DNA from: Bdellovibrionota bacterium
GTDB taxonomy: Bacteria > Bdellovibrionota_C > UBA2361
Reading direction: 5' to 3'
Length of the DNA stretch: 64,000 bases
NCBI GenBank assembly: GCA_044352465.1
Contig: JBILDU010000001.1
Span: 20,211-84,210 of the forward strand
A program made the translations under genes and the position numbers. This document shows, piece by piece, positions 1 through 11,477 of the stretch. Under the pieces are notes generated by a model, which was not told where the DNA came from, ran no database searches, and saw only the letters and a program-made list of their open reading frames with translations. The stretch's first letter is position 1. Each line of letters begins with the position of its first letter.

Positions 1-210
1 TCCCTCTCTTTTTTCCATCAAATACTTCGGCTCAAAAGGATATTTACTTGAGGCTTCAAAGAGTTACGCTGGGCGAGGATGAATCCCCGCGAAACAAAAG
101 GCTCATATCTCGCATCATTGACGACGACACGGCAACTATAGGACGTTCAAGGGAAAATCGACTCTCACCTCGAGCGGAACGCCGTTCTCTTTCCCGGCTA
201 TCGCGCCCGG

Positions 211-2112
211 ATGGTGGGAGCACCAAGTGAAAACCAATTTCTCTGCGAGTATCTCATCATGGTAGACAAGACCTTCGACCCCCGCACCGCATGGGACAAT
301 TCAACCGAGTACGCCGGGCTTGCCACCCCCGATATCACCGCAGACCTCGACCGTGTCAGCGAGCTGTTAGCGCTGCTGCAGGATCGTAGCGGCGAGCTCG
401 GCGAGGGTCTCCTCCACAGCCCCTCCACGACCGAACGTTGGCGCGCCCTTATTCCGGTGGCACACGATCTCTACCGCTTCGTCGATGAGGCTGACCGACT
501 TCTTTCAAACCTGGCGGTATTCGCTGAATGTGAGGCGAGCCTCGACTCGAAAAATTCGCTCGCTCGCAGTCTCGGCACCGACCTGCAAGCTCGCTCGGCA
601 AAGCTCTCCGAGCTGTCCGCGCCACTCCGACACTTTTCCCTGCGCCTTCCCGAGGAGCTCCTTACCGAGTATCTCGGCGACAGTCAGGTGCGTGAGTCGG
701 AATTTAAAATCCGTTTTGGTCGAGCCCGCGTTGCCGACACCCTTCTGCCGCTTCGCGAGGAGCAGCTACTCGACATTCTCGATGTCAATGGAACCACCGC
801 ATGGGGAAACCTGTATACAAATATCGCGGGCACGGCACGAACGCAGATCGTGCTCAATGGGTCCCCGCGCGAAGCGACGCTGGCGACCCTCAGTGGGCTT
901 CTTCAAAGCCCCGATGCTGAGACCCGCCATGTCGCTTACCGCGGTACGCAGGAGATCTGGGCTCTGCATGAGGAAGCGGCGGCAGCTGGACTCAACGCGC
1001 TGAGCGGCTGGAGGCTCGACGTGTGCAAACGACGCTCACACACCCGCGTGATCGACTTTCTCGATGGCCCACTCGTCGCTAACCGCATCACTCCCAAGAC
1101 TCTCGACGTCCTTCTGGAGGTAACCCGTGAATCGCGTGGAATCGGTCAACAAGCTCTCACCCTTATGGCGCGGAGTCGGGGCGCACTCCATCTGCATCCG
1201 GCCGATCTTTTCGCTCCGCCGCCGGAGCGAATTCTCCACGGTGAGGGCGAATCGATTACCTTCGACCGGGCCCTCTCGATCATCACCGCAGCTTTTGATT
1301 CGGTCGATCGCTCGATGGGGGATTTCGTTCGCACCATGCATACTAAAGGTTGGATTGAGGCGCGCGAGCTCCCACCGAAGCGTCCCGGCGCTTACTGCAC
1401 CGGCTTTGCCAAATCGCGCACCCCTCGAGTCTACATGACGTACATGAACGGCATGCGTGATGCGAAGGTTCTCGCACACGAGCTTGGGCATGCTCTCCAC
1501 GAATGGGTGATGCGCGATCTCCCCCGAGCTCAAACCGATTATCCGATGACCGTTGCTGAAACCGCGAGCAATTTCGCAGAAATGGTCGTGGGCGACTATC
1601 TTGCACGAGAAGCAACGAACCCTCGCGACACCCTGTATGGTGCATGGCAGTCGGTCCAGGACGGCATCGCTTATACGATTAACATTCCGGCTCGGTTTGA
1701 ATTCGAACGTGAGTTTTATCGGCAGCGCGCCGCCCGAACTTTTATGCCGGACCAGCTCTCCACACTCATGGAGGAAACCCTCCGCGCCTGGTACGGCGAT
1801 ACCCTTGCGGAATTCGATAAACGCTTCTGGGCGAGCAAAATGCATTTTCACATCGCTGGGCTTTCGTTCTACAACTTCCCGTATCTCTTTGGATATCTCT
1901 TTAGCCTGGGAGTATACGCTCAACGGGTCGCTCTCGGCACCGACTTCTACCCGGCGTATGTGCGACTACTCCGAGATACCGGGAGACTCTCGATCGAGGA
2001 GCTCGCGCATAAGCATCTTGGTGTCGATCTCGAGGCACCGGGATTTTGGCGGCAAAGCTTTGCAATCTTTCAAAGGCAGGTCGATGCCCTCGAGCGTGCC
2101 ATCGCTGTTTAA
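211..2112 (+). CDS. pepF: Oligoendopeptidase F-like M3-family zinc metallopeptidase
   Basis: 633-aa ORF with an HEXXH zinc motif (VLAHELGHALHEW) and M3B-like length and architecture. The likely true start is the ATG at 259 (MVDKTFDP...). Confidence 0.8.
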   Translation: MVGAPSENQFLCEYLIMVDKTFDPRTAWDNSTEYAGLATPDITADLDRVSELLALLQDRSGELGEGLLHSPSTTERWRALIPVAHDLYRFVDEADRLLSNLAVFAECEASLDSKNSLARSLGTDLQARSAKLSELSAPLRHFSLRLPEELLTEYLGDSQVRESEFKIRFGRARVADTLLPLREEQLLDILDVNGTTAWGNLYTNIAGTARTQIVLNGSPREATLATLSGLLQSPDAETRHVAYRGTQEIWALHEEAAAAGLNALSGWRLDVCKRRSHTRVIDFLDGPLVANRITPKTLDVLLEVTRESRGIGQQALTLMARSRGALHLHPADLFAPPPERILHGEGESITFDRALSIITAAFDSVDRSMGDFVRTMHTKGWIEARELPPKRPGAYCTGFAKSRTPRVYMTYMNGMRDAKVLAHELGHALHEWVMRDLPRAQTDYPMTVAETASNFAEMVVGDYLAREATNPRDTLYGAWQSVQDGIAYTINIPARFEFEREFYRQRAARTFMPDQLSTLMEETLRAWYGDTLAEFDKRFWASKMHFHIAGLSFYNFPYLFGYLFSLGVYAQRVALGTDFYPAYVRLLRDTGRLSIEELAHKHLGVDLEAPGFWRQSFAIFQRQVDALERAIAV

Positions 2113-2346
2113 CCGGTGAGGCTACTGCTCAGGAAGGCACGGAAGGTCGTCGTCCGATGCCGTTGCAGCGCACCCTCCCACGCACTATTTGCACGGCACA
2201 CGGCATAAGCCGTCCTCGAATGACGCCTCCAAAGCAGCTTTACGTCAGACCTAAGAAAAACGTCGGTTAGCTCAGGTTTCCCGGGGATTACGCGGCATTA
2301 TCTCGCTCGGAAAGTCCCCCGAATAAGCGATCGGGTCGAGCTCAGT

Positions 2347-2931
2347 TTGGCGGTTCACCCACTTTCCCCTTTGGCTCGACTCTTGCCCCTCTGCACGAAG
2401 ACAACACCACCGGGAATAATGGAGAAAACCCACATGAGAAGAACCGTCGCTCAGCTCTTCCTCACCCTGCTCACCATCCTTGGAGTCACGCTGGTTACAC
2501 CGCTTGTCACGCTGGCCCAGGAGGATTTCATATGCTCAGCCGACCAGATCGAGTCAGCTCTCGATGACCTCGAGTGCATCGCCGACGGTGCTTTTATCTC
2601 TACTGAGAGCGCGGTTACTGCGATTGTCGAGCGGTGCTCCGATCTCCCCACTGAGCGAGCATGCCGCCGCTGTTTTAAGCGCGCCCAATCGAAACTTGTG
2701 CCGGCTCTTAAAACACTGAGCAAGCTTAGCCTCGTTGAGCGAGGTATCGTTGGCGCAATCAAAGCCTCTCTCGGTGACGAAGTAGAGGCCGCTTGCTCTG
2801 AGACCGAAGACGAGCTTCCGCCAGATGGCGATCAAAATAACGACGAGCCGATCGGGATGCCTACGGGGAATAGAGAGGACCTTGGTTTCCCTCTACCTTT
2901 TCCAGGCGGGCCACAATTTAACAAGCGCTGA
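2347..2931 (+). CDS. Secreted hypothetical protein (signal peptide, Cys-containing, acidic Pro-rich C-terminus)
   Basis: ORF with an internal Met at 2434 preceded by GGAG, followed by a hydrophobic signal-like segment (MRRTVAQLFLTLLTILGVTLVTPLVTLAQ). I recognise no family. Confidence 0.45.
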   Translation: MAVHPLSPLARLLPLCTKTTPPGIMEKTHMRRTVAQLFLTLLTILGVTLVTPLVTLAQEDFICSADQIESALDDLECIADGAFISTESAVTAIVERCSDLPTERACRRCFKRAQSKLVPALKTLSKLSLVERGIVGAIKASLGDEVEAACSETEDELPPDGDQNNDEPIGMPTGNREDLGFPLPFPGGPQFNKR

Positions 2932-2986
2932 GCGCGCTACCCCGCCCCTGTCAGCCATCGGGCGAAAAACTGAGGTCTGCGACCGT

Positions 2987-5719
2987 TCATTTCGCAGCTT
3001 TAGATGACTTTTTTTTCGCCGTCGCTGCAGGGGTTTTCTTGGCCCGCTTCGCCGGGGCTTTTTTGCTTTCTTGCTCGACGGGACTTTTCTGTGCTTTCGC
3101 TTTTGCCTTCGTCTTGGGCGCCGCGCGGCGACGCTTGCCGCCGCCACCGGCAGCGATCTTAGCGGCACGCGCCTCGAGTAATCCGACCGCATCGCCGACG
3201 GAGAGCGTCGCCGGATCCGCGCCCTGAGGCAACGATGCGTTAATCTCGCCATCGGTCACGTAAGGTCCGTAGCGCCCGCTTTTGATAACGATCTTTTTCT
3301 CGGTGACCGGATGAGGACCGACCTCGCGCATCGTCGAAGGCTGGGCCGCGCCTCGGCCGCGCCGACGTGGTTGTTTCAGCAGCTCAATGGCCTGCTCGAG
3401 GGTAAGAGTCAGTGGAGAGAGGGTCTCGAGTGGGATGGTCCGCGTCTCTTCGCCGGACTTAATGTACGGACCGTACCGACCGAGAAATACCTGCACATCG
3501 GCACCGAGGGCTTCATACATCCCGAGATTCCGTGGGAAGCTCAGGAGCTGCATTGCCACCTCGTATGTCACTTGCTCGGGGGTCATCCCTGGCAAGAGCG
3601 ATGCCATCTTTGGCTTTTCATCCTCATCGTTTTGATCGCCGAGCTGAACATAGGGACCGAAACGTCCCTTCTTTAAATAGACCGACTTTCCGGTCAAAGG
3701 ATCGTTTCCGAGCGCAGTCGGCCCTTTCGCTGCATCAGCGAGAATCGCCACCGCCTTTTCAACATTGAGCTCGTCCGGCGCGATCCCATCAGGCAAACTC
3801 GAACGGGACTCTCCATTCGTCAAAAAAGGGCCGAAACGACCGATCCGCACCTCGACGGTGCGCCCCTGGTCGTCGGTCCCAAGCGGCAAGCCACACACCA
3901 CTCGCGGATCGATCGCACTCTCTCCATTTTCAACGAGATTCTTTAGTCCAGCGTGGCCATTCCCGAAGTAAAAGCCCTTCAGGTAAGCCAGCCCATCAGC
4001 TTCGCCGCGAGAGATCGAGTCGAGATCGTCCTCTAACTTCGCCGTAAACTCGTATTCGGTCAGATCGGTAAAATAACGCTCCATCAACCCGATGACTGCC
4101 GTTGCAAGAAACGTTGGCACGAGCGCCGTACCCTTTTTAAAGGCGTAATCACGCGACAGCACAACGTCAACGATGGTTGCCCACGTGCTCGGGCGACCGA
4201 TGCCGAGTCGCTCCAGCTCCTTAATAAGGCTCCCCTCGGTATAGCGGGCTGGGGGTTGAGTCTCGTGCTCAAGCGCTTCCATCCGCTTGGTATCGAGGGA
4301 CTCCTTCACCTGAAGGTGCGGGAGGATCTTCTCCCGGTCAGCGAGATCCGCCTCGGGATCATCAGATCCTTCAACATACGCCCGCAGATAACCGGGGAAA
4401 GCGATCGTCGAGCCAGCTGCGCGAAAGGTCGCTTCATCGACCTGGATCTGCACACTCACGCGTGTCCCGGTAGCGTCCTTCATCTGTGAAGCAATTGTGC
4501 GCTTCCAGATCAGTTCGTATAGGCGAAACGCCTCCTGGCCCAGTCGAGCTTGAACGACGGCTGGTGCAACAAAATCAGCACCGGCTGGACGAATCGCTTC
4601 GTGAGCCTCTTGGGCATTTTTAACCTTCGTCTTGTATATACGGGGCTCTGGGTGGAGATACTCAGCTCCAAAATCGCGCACGATGAGCCCCCGCGCCCCT
4701 TGTAACGCTTCCTCGGAGAGTGTCGTCGAATCCGTACGCATGTAGGTGATAAAGCCGTTCTCGTACAGAACCTGCGCGACCTGCATCGTTCGTCGCGCTG
4801 AGAAGCTCAACTTGCGGCTCGCCTCTTGTTGTAAGGTGCTCGTCGTAAAAGGCGGATAGGGACGAGTCGTGTAAGGCTTCTCCTCAATCGCTCCCACGAC
4901 GGGAGTGGCTTTCAGCAGCCGCTCGCGGAGCTCGCCCGCAGCTTTATCATCGAGGTGAACAACGTCCGCCTTTTCGAGCAACTTTCCACTCGTCGGCTCG
5001 AAGTCTTTTCCGATGGCAACGCGCTTGCCCCCCAGATGGGTCAAGTCAGCTTCAAATTGGGCGGTCGCTTCATCCTGTCCCACTTTACTGAACAAGGCTT
5101 TGAGATCCCAATACACCGCCTTACGAAAAGCGATCCGCTCCCGCTCCCGCGCCACCAGGAGCCGCAGGGCGACACTCTGCACCCGCCCCGCACTCAGACG
5201 CGGTGCCATTTTTTTCCATAAAAGCGGGCTCACCGAATAACCGAAAAGTCGATCGATGATCCGCCGTGTTTCCTGAGCCCGAACGAGATTCTCATCGATA
5301 TCACGGGGCGTGTTCAGCGCTTCCTGAATCGCATCCTTGGTGATTTCATGAAACACCATCCGCTTCACCGGCACTTTGGGCTCAAGAACCTTGAGCAGAT
5401 GCCAACTGATCGATTCCCCTTCGCGGTCTTCGTCGGTTGCGAGAAATAAGGTGTCCGAATCCTTGAGGAGAGCCTTCAACTCCCGCACGTTCTTTTTCTT
5501 ATCTTCAGGGATAATGTAGAGCGGGTCGAAATCGGACTCGACGTTCACGCCTAAGCGGGCCCACTTTTGCTTTTTGATAGCTTCCGGAATCTCAGCGGCG
5601 TTATTCGGGAGATCGCGCACATGCCCGTAGGAGGCGCGCACCTCGAAGTCCTTCCCGAGAAACTTCTCGATGGTTCGAGCCTTGGTGGGCGACTCAACGA
5701 TGACGAGCGATTTACCCAT
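2987..5719 (-). CDS. topA: DNA topoisomerase I with Lys/Ala-rich basic C-terminal tail
   Basis: N-terminus MGKSLVIVESPTKARTIEKFLG...ASYGHVRDLP is the canonical TOPRIM/TopA signature. The 910-aa product has C-terminal zinc-ribbon-like repeats (GRFGPY) and a KAKAKAQK...KKKSSKAAK tail. Confidence 0.95.
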   Translation of the reverse strand: MGKSLVIVESPTKARTIEKFLGKDFEVRASYGHVRDLPNNAAEIPEAIKKQKWARLGVNVESDFDPLYIIPEDKKKNVRELKALLKDSDTLFLATDEDREGESISWHLLKVLEPKVPVKRMVFHEITKDAIQEALNTPRDIDENLVRAQETRRIIDRLFGYSVSPLLWKKMAPRLSAGRVQSVALRLLVARERERIAFRKAVYWDLKALFSKVGQDEATAQFEADLTHLGGKRVAIGKDFEPTSGKLLEKADVVHLDDKAAGELRERLLKATPVVGAIEEKPYTTRPYPPFTTSTLQQEASRKLSFSARRTMQVAQVLYENGFITYMRTDSTTLSEEALQGARGLIVRDFGAEYLHPEPRIYKTKVKNAQEAHEAIRPAGADFVAPAVVQARLGQEAFRLYELIWKRTIASQMKDATGTRVSVQIQVDEATFRAAGSTIAFPGYLRAYVEGSDDPEADLADREKILPHLQVKESLDTKRMEALEHETQPPARYTEGSLIKELERLGIGRPSTWATIVDVVLSRDYAFKKGTALVPTFLATAVIGLMERYFTDLTEYEFTAKLEDDLDSISRGEADGLAYLKGFYFGNGHAGLKNLVENGESAIDPRVVCGLPLGTDDQGRTVEVRIGRFGPFLTNGESRSSLPDGIAPDELNVEKAVAILADAAKGPTALGNDPLTGKSVYLKKGRFGPYVQLGDQNDEDEKPKMASLLPGMTPEQVTYEVAMQLLSFPRNLGMYEALGADVQVFLGRYGPYIKSGEETRTIPLETLSPLTLTLEQAIELLKQPRRRGRGAAQPSTMREVGPHPVTEKKIVIKSGRYGPYVTDGEINASLPQGADPATLSVGDAVGLLEARAAKIAAGGGGKRRRAAPKTKAKAKAQKSPVEQESKKAPAKRAKKTPAATAKKKSSKAAK

Positions 5720-5916
5720 TTGACCTTATATATGTACCATCACCCCACCGCCATTTGATGCCGCGCAGGGGACTGTCAGATTCAAAAACGCCGTTCTGTC
5801 AGATAAACCGATCGGCTCCGTAAGATTACGGATATTTCGAGATCTTGCAAGCATAGCCGAGAATCGAGCGTCCGGCGCTGCGGCAACCCGCATGAAAAAA
5901 CTTACCGGACGGGATA

Positions 5917-7806
5917 CTAGGCTACGTGCGAGCGGGTTCGTTTGAGGTGAATCGCCAATAGAGAGATAGTCGTCGGGGTAATCCCCGGGATTCGCTGCGC
6001 TTGGCCGATCGAATAAGGCTGTAACTTCTTAAGCTTCTCCCGAGCTTCGATGCGAAGACTCGGCACGTCGTCGTACTGAAAATCCGGCGGAATTATCTCG
6101 TCCTCGAGCTTCCGCAGCTTCTGCACCTCGATCTCTTGGCGCTCAAGATAGCCACTGAATTTCATCTCGATCTCAAGCGCCGCAACGATCTCGGCCGAGA
6201 GGGGGCTTTCGCCGAACGGAATACGCCCTAAGATTTGGGAGAGGGTCAGCTCCGGACGCCGTACCAGCGTCGCTAAGGTCAAACTATCTTTAATCTCCGC
6301 GCTACCACACGAACGCAACCATTCGTTCTCAGTCTCAAGCGGCTTGATACGCGTCTGCTCGAGCCACCGACGGGCGCGCCCCAAAAGTTCAGCGCGAGCC
6401 TCATAGCGCTCGCGTTGCTCGACACCGACGAGCCCCTTCTCGATACCCTTCGGGCATAGTCGCGTGGTCGCATTGTCTTCTCGAAGAATGAGGCGATACT
6501 CCGCCCGCGAAGTGAACATTCGATACGGCTCGTCCACTCCGTTCGTCACCAAGTCGTCGATCATAACGCCGAGATATCCCTCACCCCGGGACACGACAAG
6601 CGGTGCCTCCGCTTTGATTTCAAGGGCAGCGTTGGCCCCGGCGATTATTCCCTGACCCGCGGCTTCCTCGTATCCTGAGGTTCCGTTTATCTGTCCCGCG
6701 AAGTAGAGCCCACCAACGATCTTCGTCTCAAGGGTCGGCTTCAAGGCGCGCGGGTCAACGAAGTCATATTCGACGGCGTAACCGGGCTGAAGGATCTCCA
6801 CATTCTCAAGCCCCGGTATCATACGCACGAACTGGGCTTGAACATCGACCGGGAGACTCGTCGAGATGCCGTTCGGATAAACGATGTCAGAGGTATGCCC
6901 CTCTGGCTCAAGAAAGATCGTATGACTGGTCTTATCAGCGAAACGAAAAACTTTGTCTTCGATCGAGGGACAGTATCGTGGCCCCCCTGAGGTGATCTGC
7001 CCATTGAACATCGGGCTACGCTCCTTGTTCGCCCGAATTAGTTCGTGAATCGCCTCGCTCGTCGCGGTTTGCCAACACGAGATCTGGGGTTGGCGAATGA
7101 CATCGGTCATCATCGAAAACGGAGCTGGCGGATCCTCCCCCGGCTGCTCTTTCAGAGCGGAGAAATCTATAGTCGAACGGCGGAGTCGGGGCGGTGTCCC
7201 GGTCTTCAATCGACCAAGCTCAAATCCCAACGCGCGCAAAGAGTCGGATAGTTCGTTCGAGGCAGCATCACCGCACCGTCCACCACATGTCTGAATGGAG
7301 CCGGTATGCATCAGTCCCTTTAGGAACGTTCCGGTGGTGAGCACCACGGCGCCGGCGTCAAACGTCGTCCCGTCTTTCAGGACGACTCCTGCGATCCGAT
7401 GGTTCACTACGCGGAGCGACGCGACCTCACCCTCGCAGATGGTGAGGTTCTCTTGTCGGGCACAGAACGCCTGAACCCACCTCTTATAAAGGTCGCGATC
7501 GGCTTGGGCTCGCGAGGCTCGCACCGCAGGCCCCTTACTGGAATTGAGTGTCCGGAACTGAATCCCTGTCGCATCGATAGCGCGCCCCATGAGCCCGCCC
7601 AGCGCATCCACCTCCTTCACGAGGTGCCCCTTACCAACCCCACCAATCGCGGGATTGCACGACATCTGCCCGATGCCATCTCGCCGAAGCGTTACCAACG
7701 TGGTCGCGACACCGCTGCGGGCAGCCGCAAGCGCCGCCTCGACGCCAGCGTGCCCTCCACCGATGACCACTAATCTTTTCGACACATTACGACCTAAAGA
7801 CACCAA
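5917..7806 (-). CDS. mnmG: tRNA uridine-5-carboxymethylaminomethyl modification enzyme MnmG (GidA)
   Basis: N-terminal FAD-binding motif [18 protein letters not shown], 629 aa, near-origin location typical of gidA. Confidence 0.95.
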   Translation of the reverse strand: MVSLGRNVSKRLVVIGGGHAGVEAALAAARSGVATTLVTLRRDGIGQMSCNPAIGGVGKGHLVKEVDALGGLMGRAIDATGIQFRTLNSSKGPAVRASRAQADRDLYKRWVQAFCARQENLTICEGEVASLRVVNHRIAGVVLKDGTTFDAGAVVLTTGTFLKGLMHTGSIQTCGGRCGDAASNELSDSLRALGFELGRLKTGTPPRLRRSTIDFSALKEQPGEDPPAPFSMMTDVIRQPQISCWQTATSEAIHELIRANKERSPMFNGQITSGGPRYCPSIEDKVFRFADKTSHTIFLEPEGHTSDIVYPNGISTSLPVDVQAQFVRMIPGLENVEILQPGYAVEYDFVDPRALKPTLETKIVGGLYFAGQINGTSGYEEAAGQGIIAGANAALEIKAEAPLVVSRGEGYLGVMIDDLVTNGVDEPYRMFTSRAEYRLILREDNATTRLCPKGIEKGLVGVEQRERYEARAELLGRARRWLEQTRIKPLETENEWLRSCGSAEIKDSLTLATLVRRPELTLSQILGRIPFGESPLSAEIVAALEIEMKFSGYLERQEIEVQKLRKLEDEIIPPDFQYDDVPSLRIEAREKLKKLQPYSIGQAQRIPGITPTTISLLAIHLKRTRSHVA

Positions 7807-8031
7807 ATCATGAAGATTTCGATCCGGTTACAGGAACTTATCTCTTTTCAATAAAACATGGGATTTTCTGCGGTAATCAACTGTTTATACGATTTTCAGA
7901 ATCAATTCAAGGTAATGGCAGGATTAGTGATTATCCCTGGTCGAAACGCACCATCGAAAGTGCCCGATTATTGGAGGGAACCGCTGTAATCGGGTAGGGT
8001 GCGGCTGTTTCGACCCTGATTCGGTGAAACA

Positions 8032-8895
8032 TTGATTCGAAGTTTAGACGGTATGCTCTTGAACCACAGCTCTTACCATCCGCGCCGCGCCGCTGGCGCT
8101 TTGTGCGGAGCCCGGGTGTTGAGTTCGCTGCGGGCAAATCGCTCAATCGATGGCGTCACCGTTTTTATCTTTGCGGCCGCTTTTTCCCTTTCGGTCCTTA
8201 TTACCGCTCTCGGTATGGTAGCGCGAAATTGGAGCGCACCTCTTGCAAACGCAAGCAGTCCCGCCGAATTCAACTTCAAAGTCGCGGTGGACGGGCCGCG
8301 GTCAAAAGAGCAGTTTCTCGCTCGAGTTACCTCAGCTGAACGCCGCGAGATGGCCGCCACGGTTCACTATGTAAGCGATCTCATCGCCCGCAAAGCGAAG
8401 CGCCTCAGCCGCGGCGAAGCGCACCGACTCGCCCAACATATCGTCGTCGAGAGCAAACGCCAGAACTTCGACCCACTCTTCGTTGCTGCGGTTATCAAAT
8501 CGGAAAGCACCTTCAACAAACAGGCGGTGTCGAACGTTGGGGCACTCGGGTTGATGCAGATACTTCCCGACACCGGGAAATATATCTCACGCAAAAACTC
8601 CATCGACTGGCTCGGCGAGACGAACCTTACCGATCCGAGCTACAACATTCGCCTCGGTATCGCTTATCTCAAATATCTCGAGGGATACTTCGGCCAAAAT
8701 CGCGAGCATATCCTGGTAGCCTACAACTGGGGGCCGGGGAATATGTTATCCGCTCTTAAAAAACAATCGAACCTGCCCAGCGGTCCGAAGAATTATGCGC
8801 ATACGATCATGCGCGATCACTCGAAGTGGCAACGCGAATATGTCGATAGAGCCCAAGAATTTCAGTTCCTTGAAGCTGGCTCGCTCCTCGGTTAA
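8032..8895 (+). CDS. Lytic transglycosylase (Slt/MltE-like) domain protein, membrane anchored
   Basis: SLT-domain motifs ESTFNKQAVSNVGALGLMQI and AYNWGPGN, with an N-terminal hydrophobic anchor. Confidence 0.8.
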   Translation: MIRSLDGMLLNHSSYHPRRAAGALCGARVLSSLRANRSIDGVTVFIFAAAFSLSVLITALGMVARNWSAPLANASSPAEFNFKVAVDGPRSKEQFLARVTSAERREMAATVHYVSDLIARKAKRLSRGEAHRLAQHIVVESKRQNFDPLFVAAVIKSESTFNKQAVSNVGALGLMQILPDTGKYISRKNSIDWLGETNLTDPSYNIRLGIAYLKYLEGYFGQNREHILVAYNWGPGNMLSALKKQSNLPSGPKNYAHTIMRDHSKWQREYVDRAQEFQFLEAGSLLG

Positions 8896-8993
8896 TCTTT
8901 GAGCGTTAAAGACTGCGCGGCTGCGTCAGGATCGTCGTCATTTTTTGAAGAGACCTGAACAGGAGTCGGTGCACTCTTACGAGGGATGCCCCA

Positions 8994-9209
8994 GTGACAA
9001 CCGAACCGATCGATAGAGATCGCCAGAAGTGGGAACAGCTCCACGCTGAGGCGTGCGCGCGCGGCGACTTTACCTACCGGGATCCCCGCACCGGTTACAC
9101 CGTCTTTACCCGCTTAAAGCTCTTAGACCGTGGCTATTGCTGCAAATCCGGTTGTCGCCATTGCCCTTACGGGTTCATCCCTCCGAGCGGGAGCGATCAA
9201 TCCGGCTAG
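8994..9209 (+). CDS. Small Cys-rich protein, DUF5522-like (CC..GCRHCPYG motif)
   Basis: 71-aa ORF with motif FTYRDPRTGYTVFT...RGYCCKSGCRHCPYGF, recalled as the DUF5522 signature. Confidence 0.55.
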   Translation: MTTEPIDRDRQKWEQLHAEACARGDFTYRDPRTGYTVFTRLKLLDRGYCCKSGCRHCPYGFIPPSGSDQSG

Positions 9210-9399
9210 TCCTTCGACCAATACGTTTTTTCATCCTGGAGCCAGCCCAGACCTCGCCCGCAGGCTCCGCCTGGCAAGCTGACTCTCGGCTCAACACCGT
9301 ACCCACCCGCACATCGCATCAACGCCCCTAAGTCACCGCTCTCATATTCCCCCTCATAACCTCTCATGTCAGCCTCATTTCCGTTTAAAAGGGTCTGCG

Positions 9400-10488
9400 A
9401 TGCGTCGGTATCTCCTAAGCCTCCCATTATTAACCCTTCTCTTTGGCGCGGCCGCCCCTGGCTACGCCGGACCGATATTTATCGAGAACAAGGTAGCCTC
9501 GCCGACACGACCAGCTACCATCTCGCTCGCCCCGCTAGCTTCAAAGCCAGCCGCCCAAAGGAAGATCGTCCTGACCCTCTCGAACTCGCGCCCGGAGCGT
9601 CAGACGATCGAATTCGAGGTCGACGGCCCCGCGGGCACCACGCTCTCTTTTTACTCCGCGATGGCGACGCCCCGAACCTCCCTTGATCTTAACCCGAAAC
9701 GAAAAAAAGTCTCACCGGGACTCCTGTATCGCATCGCCGACTCAGGGAGTAAGAAGATCACTCTCGGGGCATCGAACTCCGGCGACGGATCGGGTGGAGG
9801 AGGAAACAACAACTATGTTTGCGGATGTCTCTCGGCAGCGGATATTCAGGAGATCATCGCTTCGTTCCGGCAGGTAGGAATTAATTACACGACCGAGCAG
9901 GTATGCAGTCAGTTCGCCAGCATTCCCACTCCCGGATGCAATCTCGACACACCGTATCTGAATAACGGTTCACCTTTCGGGAACACCGCTGCTATCTCTG
10001 CATTTATCCAACGTGACGCATGCATCGATGGGGGCAAGCGACCGGGCAAAGCGGTAATTGAATTTAATCTGTCGAAGGTTCCCGCCAACCTTCTGACAGG
10101 AGGTAAAATCACCGTGAAACCCACCTTCTCCGCCTATTCTGGAAATAGGCAGGTAAAGCTAAAAAAAGCTGGGGACGCCAAGGGCAAATTCGCGGGGATA
10201 CCGCTCTTACTTGCATCCCCAGCCGGGGCGGTCTCTTTCACCGGCTCAACCGGCGCTGTCTACCTCACGCAGTATTCAAACAATGCGCTGGTATCAAGCA
10301 AGCAGGTGAAGGTCGCTGACAACGTCTTCTATCGAAATATGGTCCTCTGGCGTACCCCACTCAGCGGAGTGCTGACGGGCGGACAAGGCACCTTCGAAAT
10401 CCGGGGCAATCAGGCCGGCTACTCCATCTGCGCAAAACTGGTGCGGAAGGATCAGTTTTTTAACGGCTATCCCCGCAACAGCGAGTAG
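9400..10488 (+). CDS. Secreted hypothetical protein (signal peptide, Gly-rich linker)
   Basis: N-terminus MRRYLLSLPLLTLLFGAAAPGYA is signal-peptide-like, followed by a GDGSGGGGNNNY linker. No recognisable catalytic motif. Confidence 0.5.
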   Translation: MRRYLLSLPLLTLLFGAAAPGYAGPIFIENKVASPTRPATISLAPLASKPAAQRKIVLTLSNSRPERQTIEFEVDGPAGTTLSFYSAMATPRTSLDLNPKRKKVSPGLLYRIADSGSKKITLGASNSGDGSGGGGNNNYVCGCLSAADIQEIIASFRQVGINYTTEQVCSQFASIPTPGCNLDTPYLNNGSPFGNTAAISAFIQRDACIDGGKRPGKAVIEFNLSKVPANLLTGGKITVKPTFSAYSGNRQVKLKKAGDAKGKFAGIPLLLASPAGAVSFTGSTGAVYLTQYSNNALVSSKQVKVADNVFYRNMVLWRTPLSGVLTGGQGTFEIRGNQAGYSICAKLVRKDQFFNGYPRNSE

Positions 10489-10542
10489 TGACACCCGCGC
10501 GGTTTCGGACTGCGGACCTCCTCCAGTCGATCCCGCTGACGC

Positions 10543-11385
10543 TCAGGAGATTCCTCCGAGCGCCCGATGAACGTAGGGTGCTGCGCGGACGAGCATGGTG
10601 CCGTTATAGATCCGAATGTTTCCTCCCGAGCCTCCGCGCTCAACCCACTGCGCCGATTCGATCGTGTCGAGGAGAAGTTCCCGCATTTTCTCAAGCTCAT
10701 CACCCTTCGAGGAACGACGGGTCTCTCCCGCTTGGGACTCCCCGATAATCGAACCACCGTTACCGCGGGCCTGCTCGAGCGCCCCATTGAAATTAAAATT
10801 AGGCGCACCGAGGAACTGGGGTGTCTCGCCAGCGACGTCACGGAGATCGTAGCTTCGCAGCTCTTGATATCGGTCAAGCCGCGCCTTCGTTCCGAATTGA
10901 AGTCGACCATCGCTCAACACTTGCCACGTCGTGGGCTCGCCCGAGCTTGCACTTTCGAGACGCTCGGCGAGTTTATCGAGCGCCGCCCGAACGGTCACGT
11001 TCGTGAGTGTCATCGCAAGCTCTTGATCTCGCACCAGCCCACTATCGCCCCCAACACCCGACCACAACCCCTCGATCTTTACTCCGCTCAGGGTCGCTAT
11101 CGCATCGAGTATGCTCTCGAGCGAACTTCCGGCCGTTTGAAGGCTCACCCGCTTCTCCATTAGTTTCAACGTTTGGCCCCGCGGGTCGAGCTCCTTCTCC
11201 ACATGCGGCGTCGGTGGAGTCGGTCCATGCGCTTCTAACGAGCTTCCCCCGGCCGCCACCGCGATAAATCCAAGGGCTATTGCTCGCGCAGTCCCGGCGA
11301 AACTGATATCGGCCGGTCGCGCCTCTTGTTCGGGGGTAGGGGCTTGCCGGACTAAAGCGCGGGGAGTTTGATCAATCGAGCTCAT
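10543..11385 (-). CDS. Membrane-anchored hypothetical protein with secretin-N/STN-like segment
   Basis: Start re-derived to the ATG at 11385, which has GGAGG 6 bp upstream; the longer track ORF overlaps the next gene. One TM segment (IALGFIAVAAGG) precedes a periplasmic domain with VSLQTAGSSLESILDAIATLSGVKI, a secretin-N-like pattern. Confidence 0.5.
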   Translation of the reverse strand: MSSIDQTPRALVRQAPTPEQEARPADISFAGTARAIALGFIAVAAGGSSLEAHGPTPPTPHVEKELDPRGQTLKLMEKRVSLQTAGSSLESILDAIATLSGVKIEGLWSGVGGDSGLVRDQELAMTLTNVTVRAALDKLAERLESASSGEPTTWQVLSDGRLQFGTKARLDRYQELRSYDLRDVAGETPQFLGAPNFNFNGALEQARGNGGSIIGESQAGETRRSSKGDELEKMRELLLDTIESAQWVERGGSGGNIRIYNGTMLVRAAPYVHRALGGIS

Positions 11386-11477
11386 CGGTGCCTCCGTTAT
11401 GTCCGTTCGTTCGCGCTCACTATTCCACAGGTGGAGCACCGTAAGCACGCCGAATCGGCTCGCAGCCGACGGGACTC

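Noticed and set aside
1036-1923. 295-aa minus-strand ORF
   Set aside because: It is antisense to the M3 peptidase gene with its HEXXH motif, and has no recognisable motifs.
10567-11163. 198-aa plus-strand ORF
   Set aside because: It is antisense to the RBS-supported membrane protein gene 10543-11385, with a low-complexity translation.
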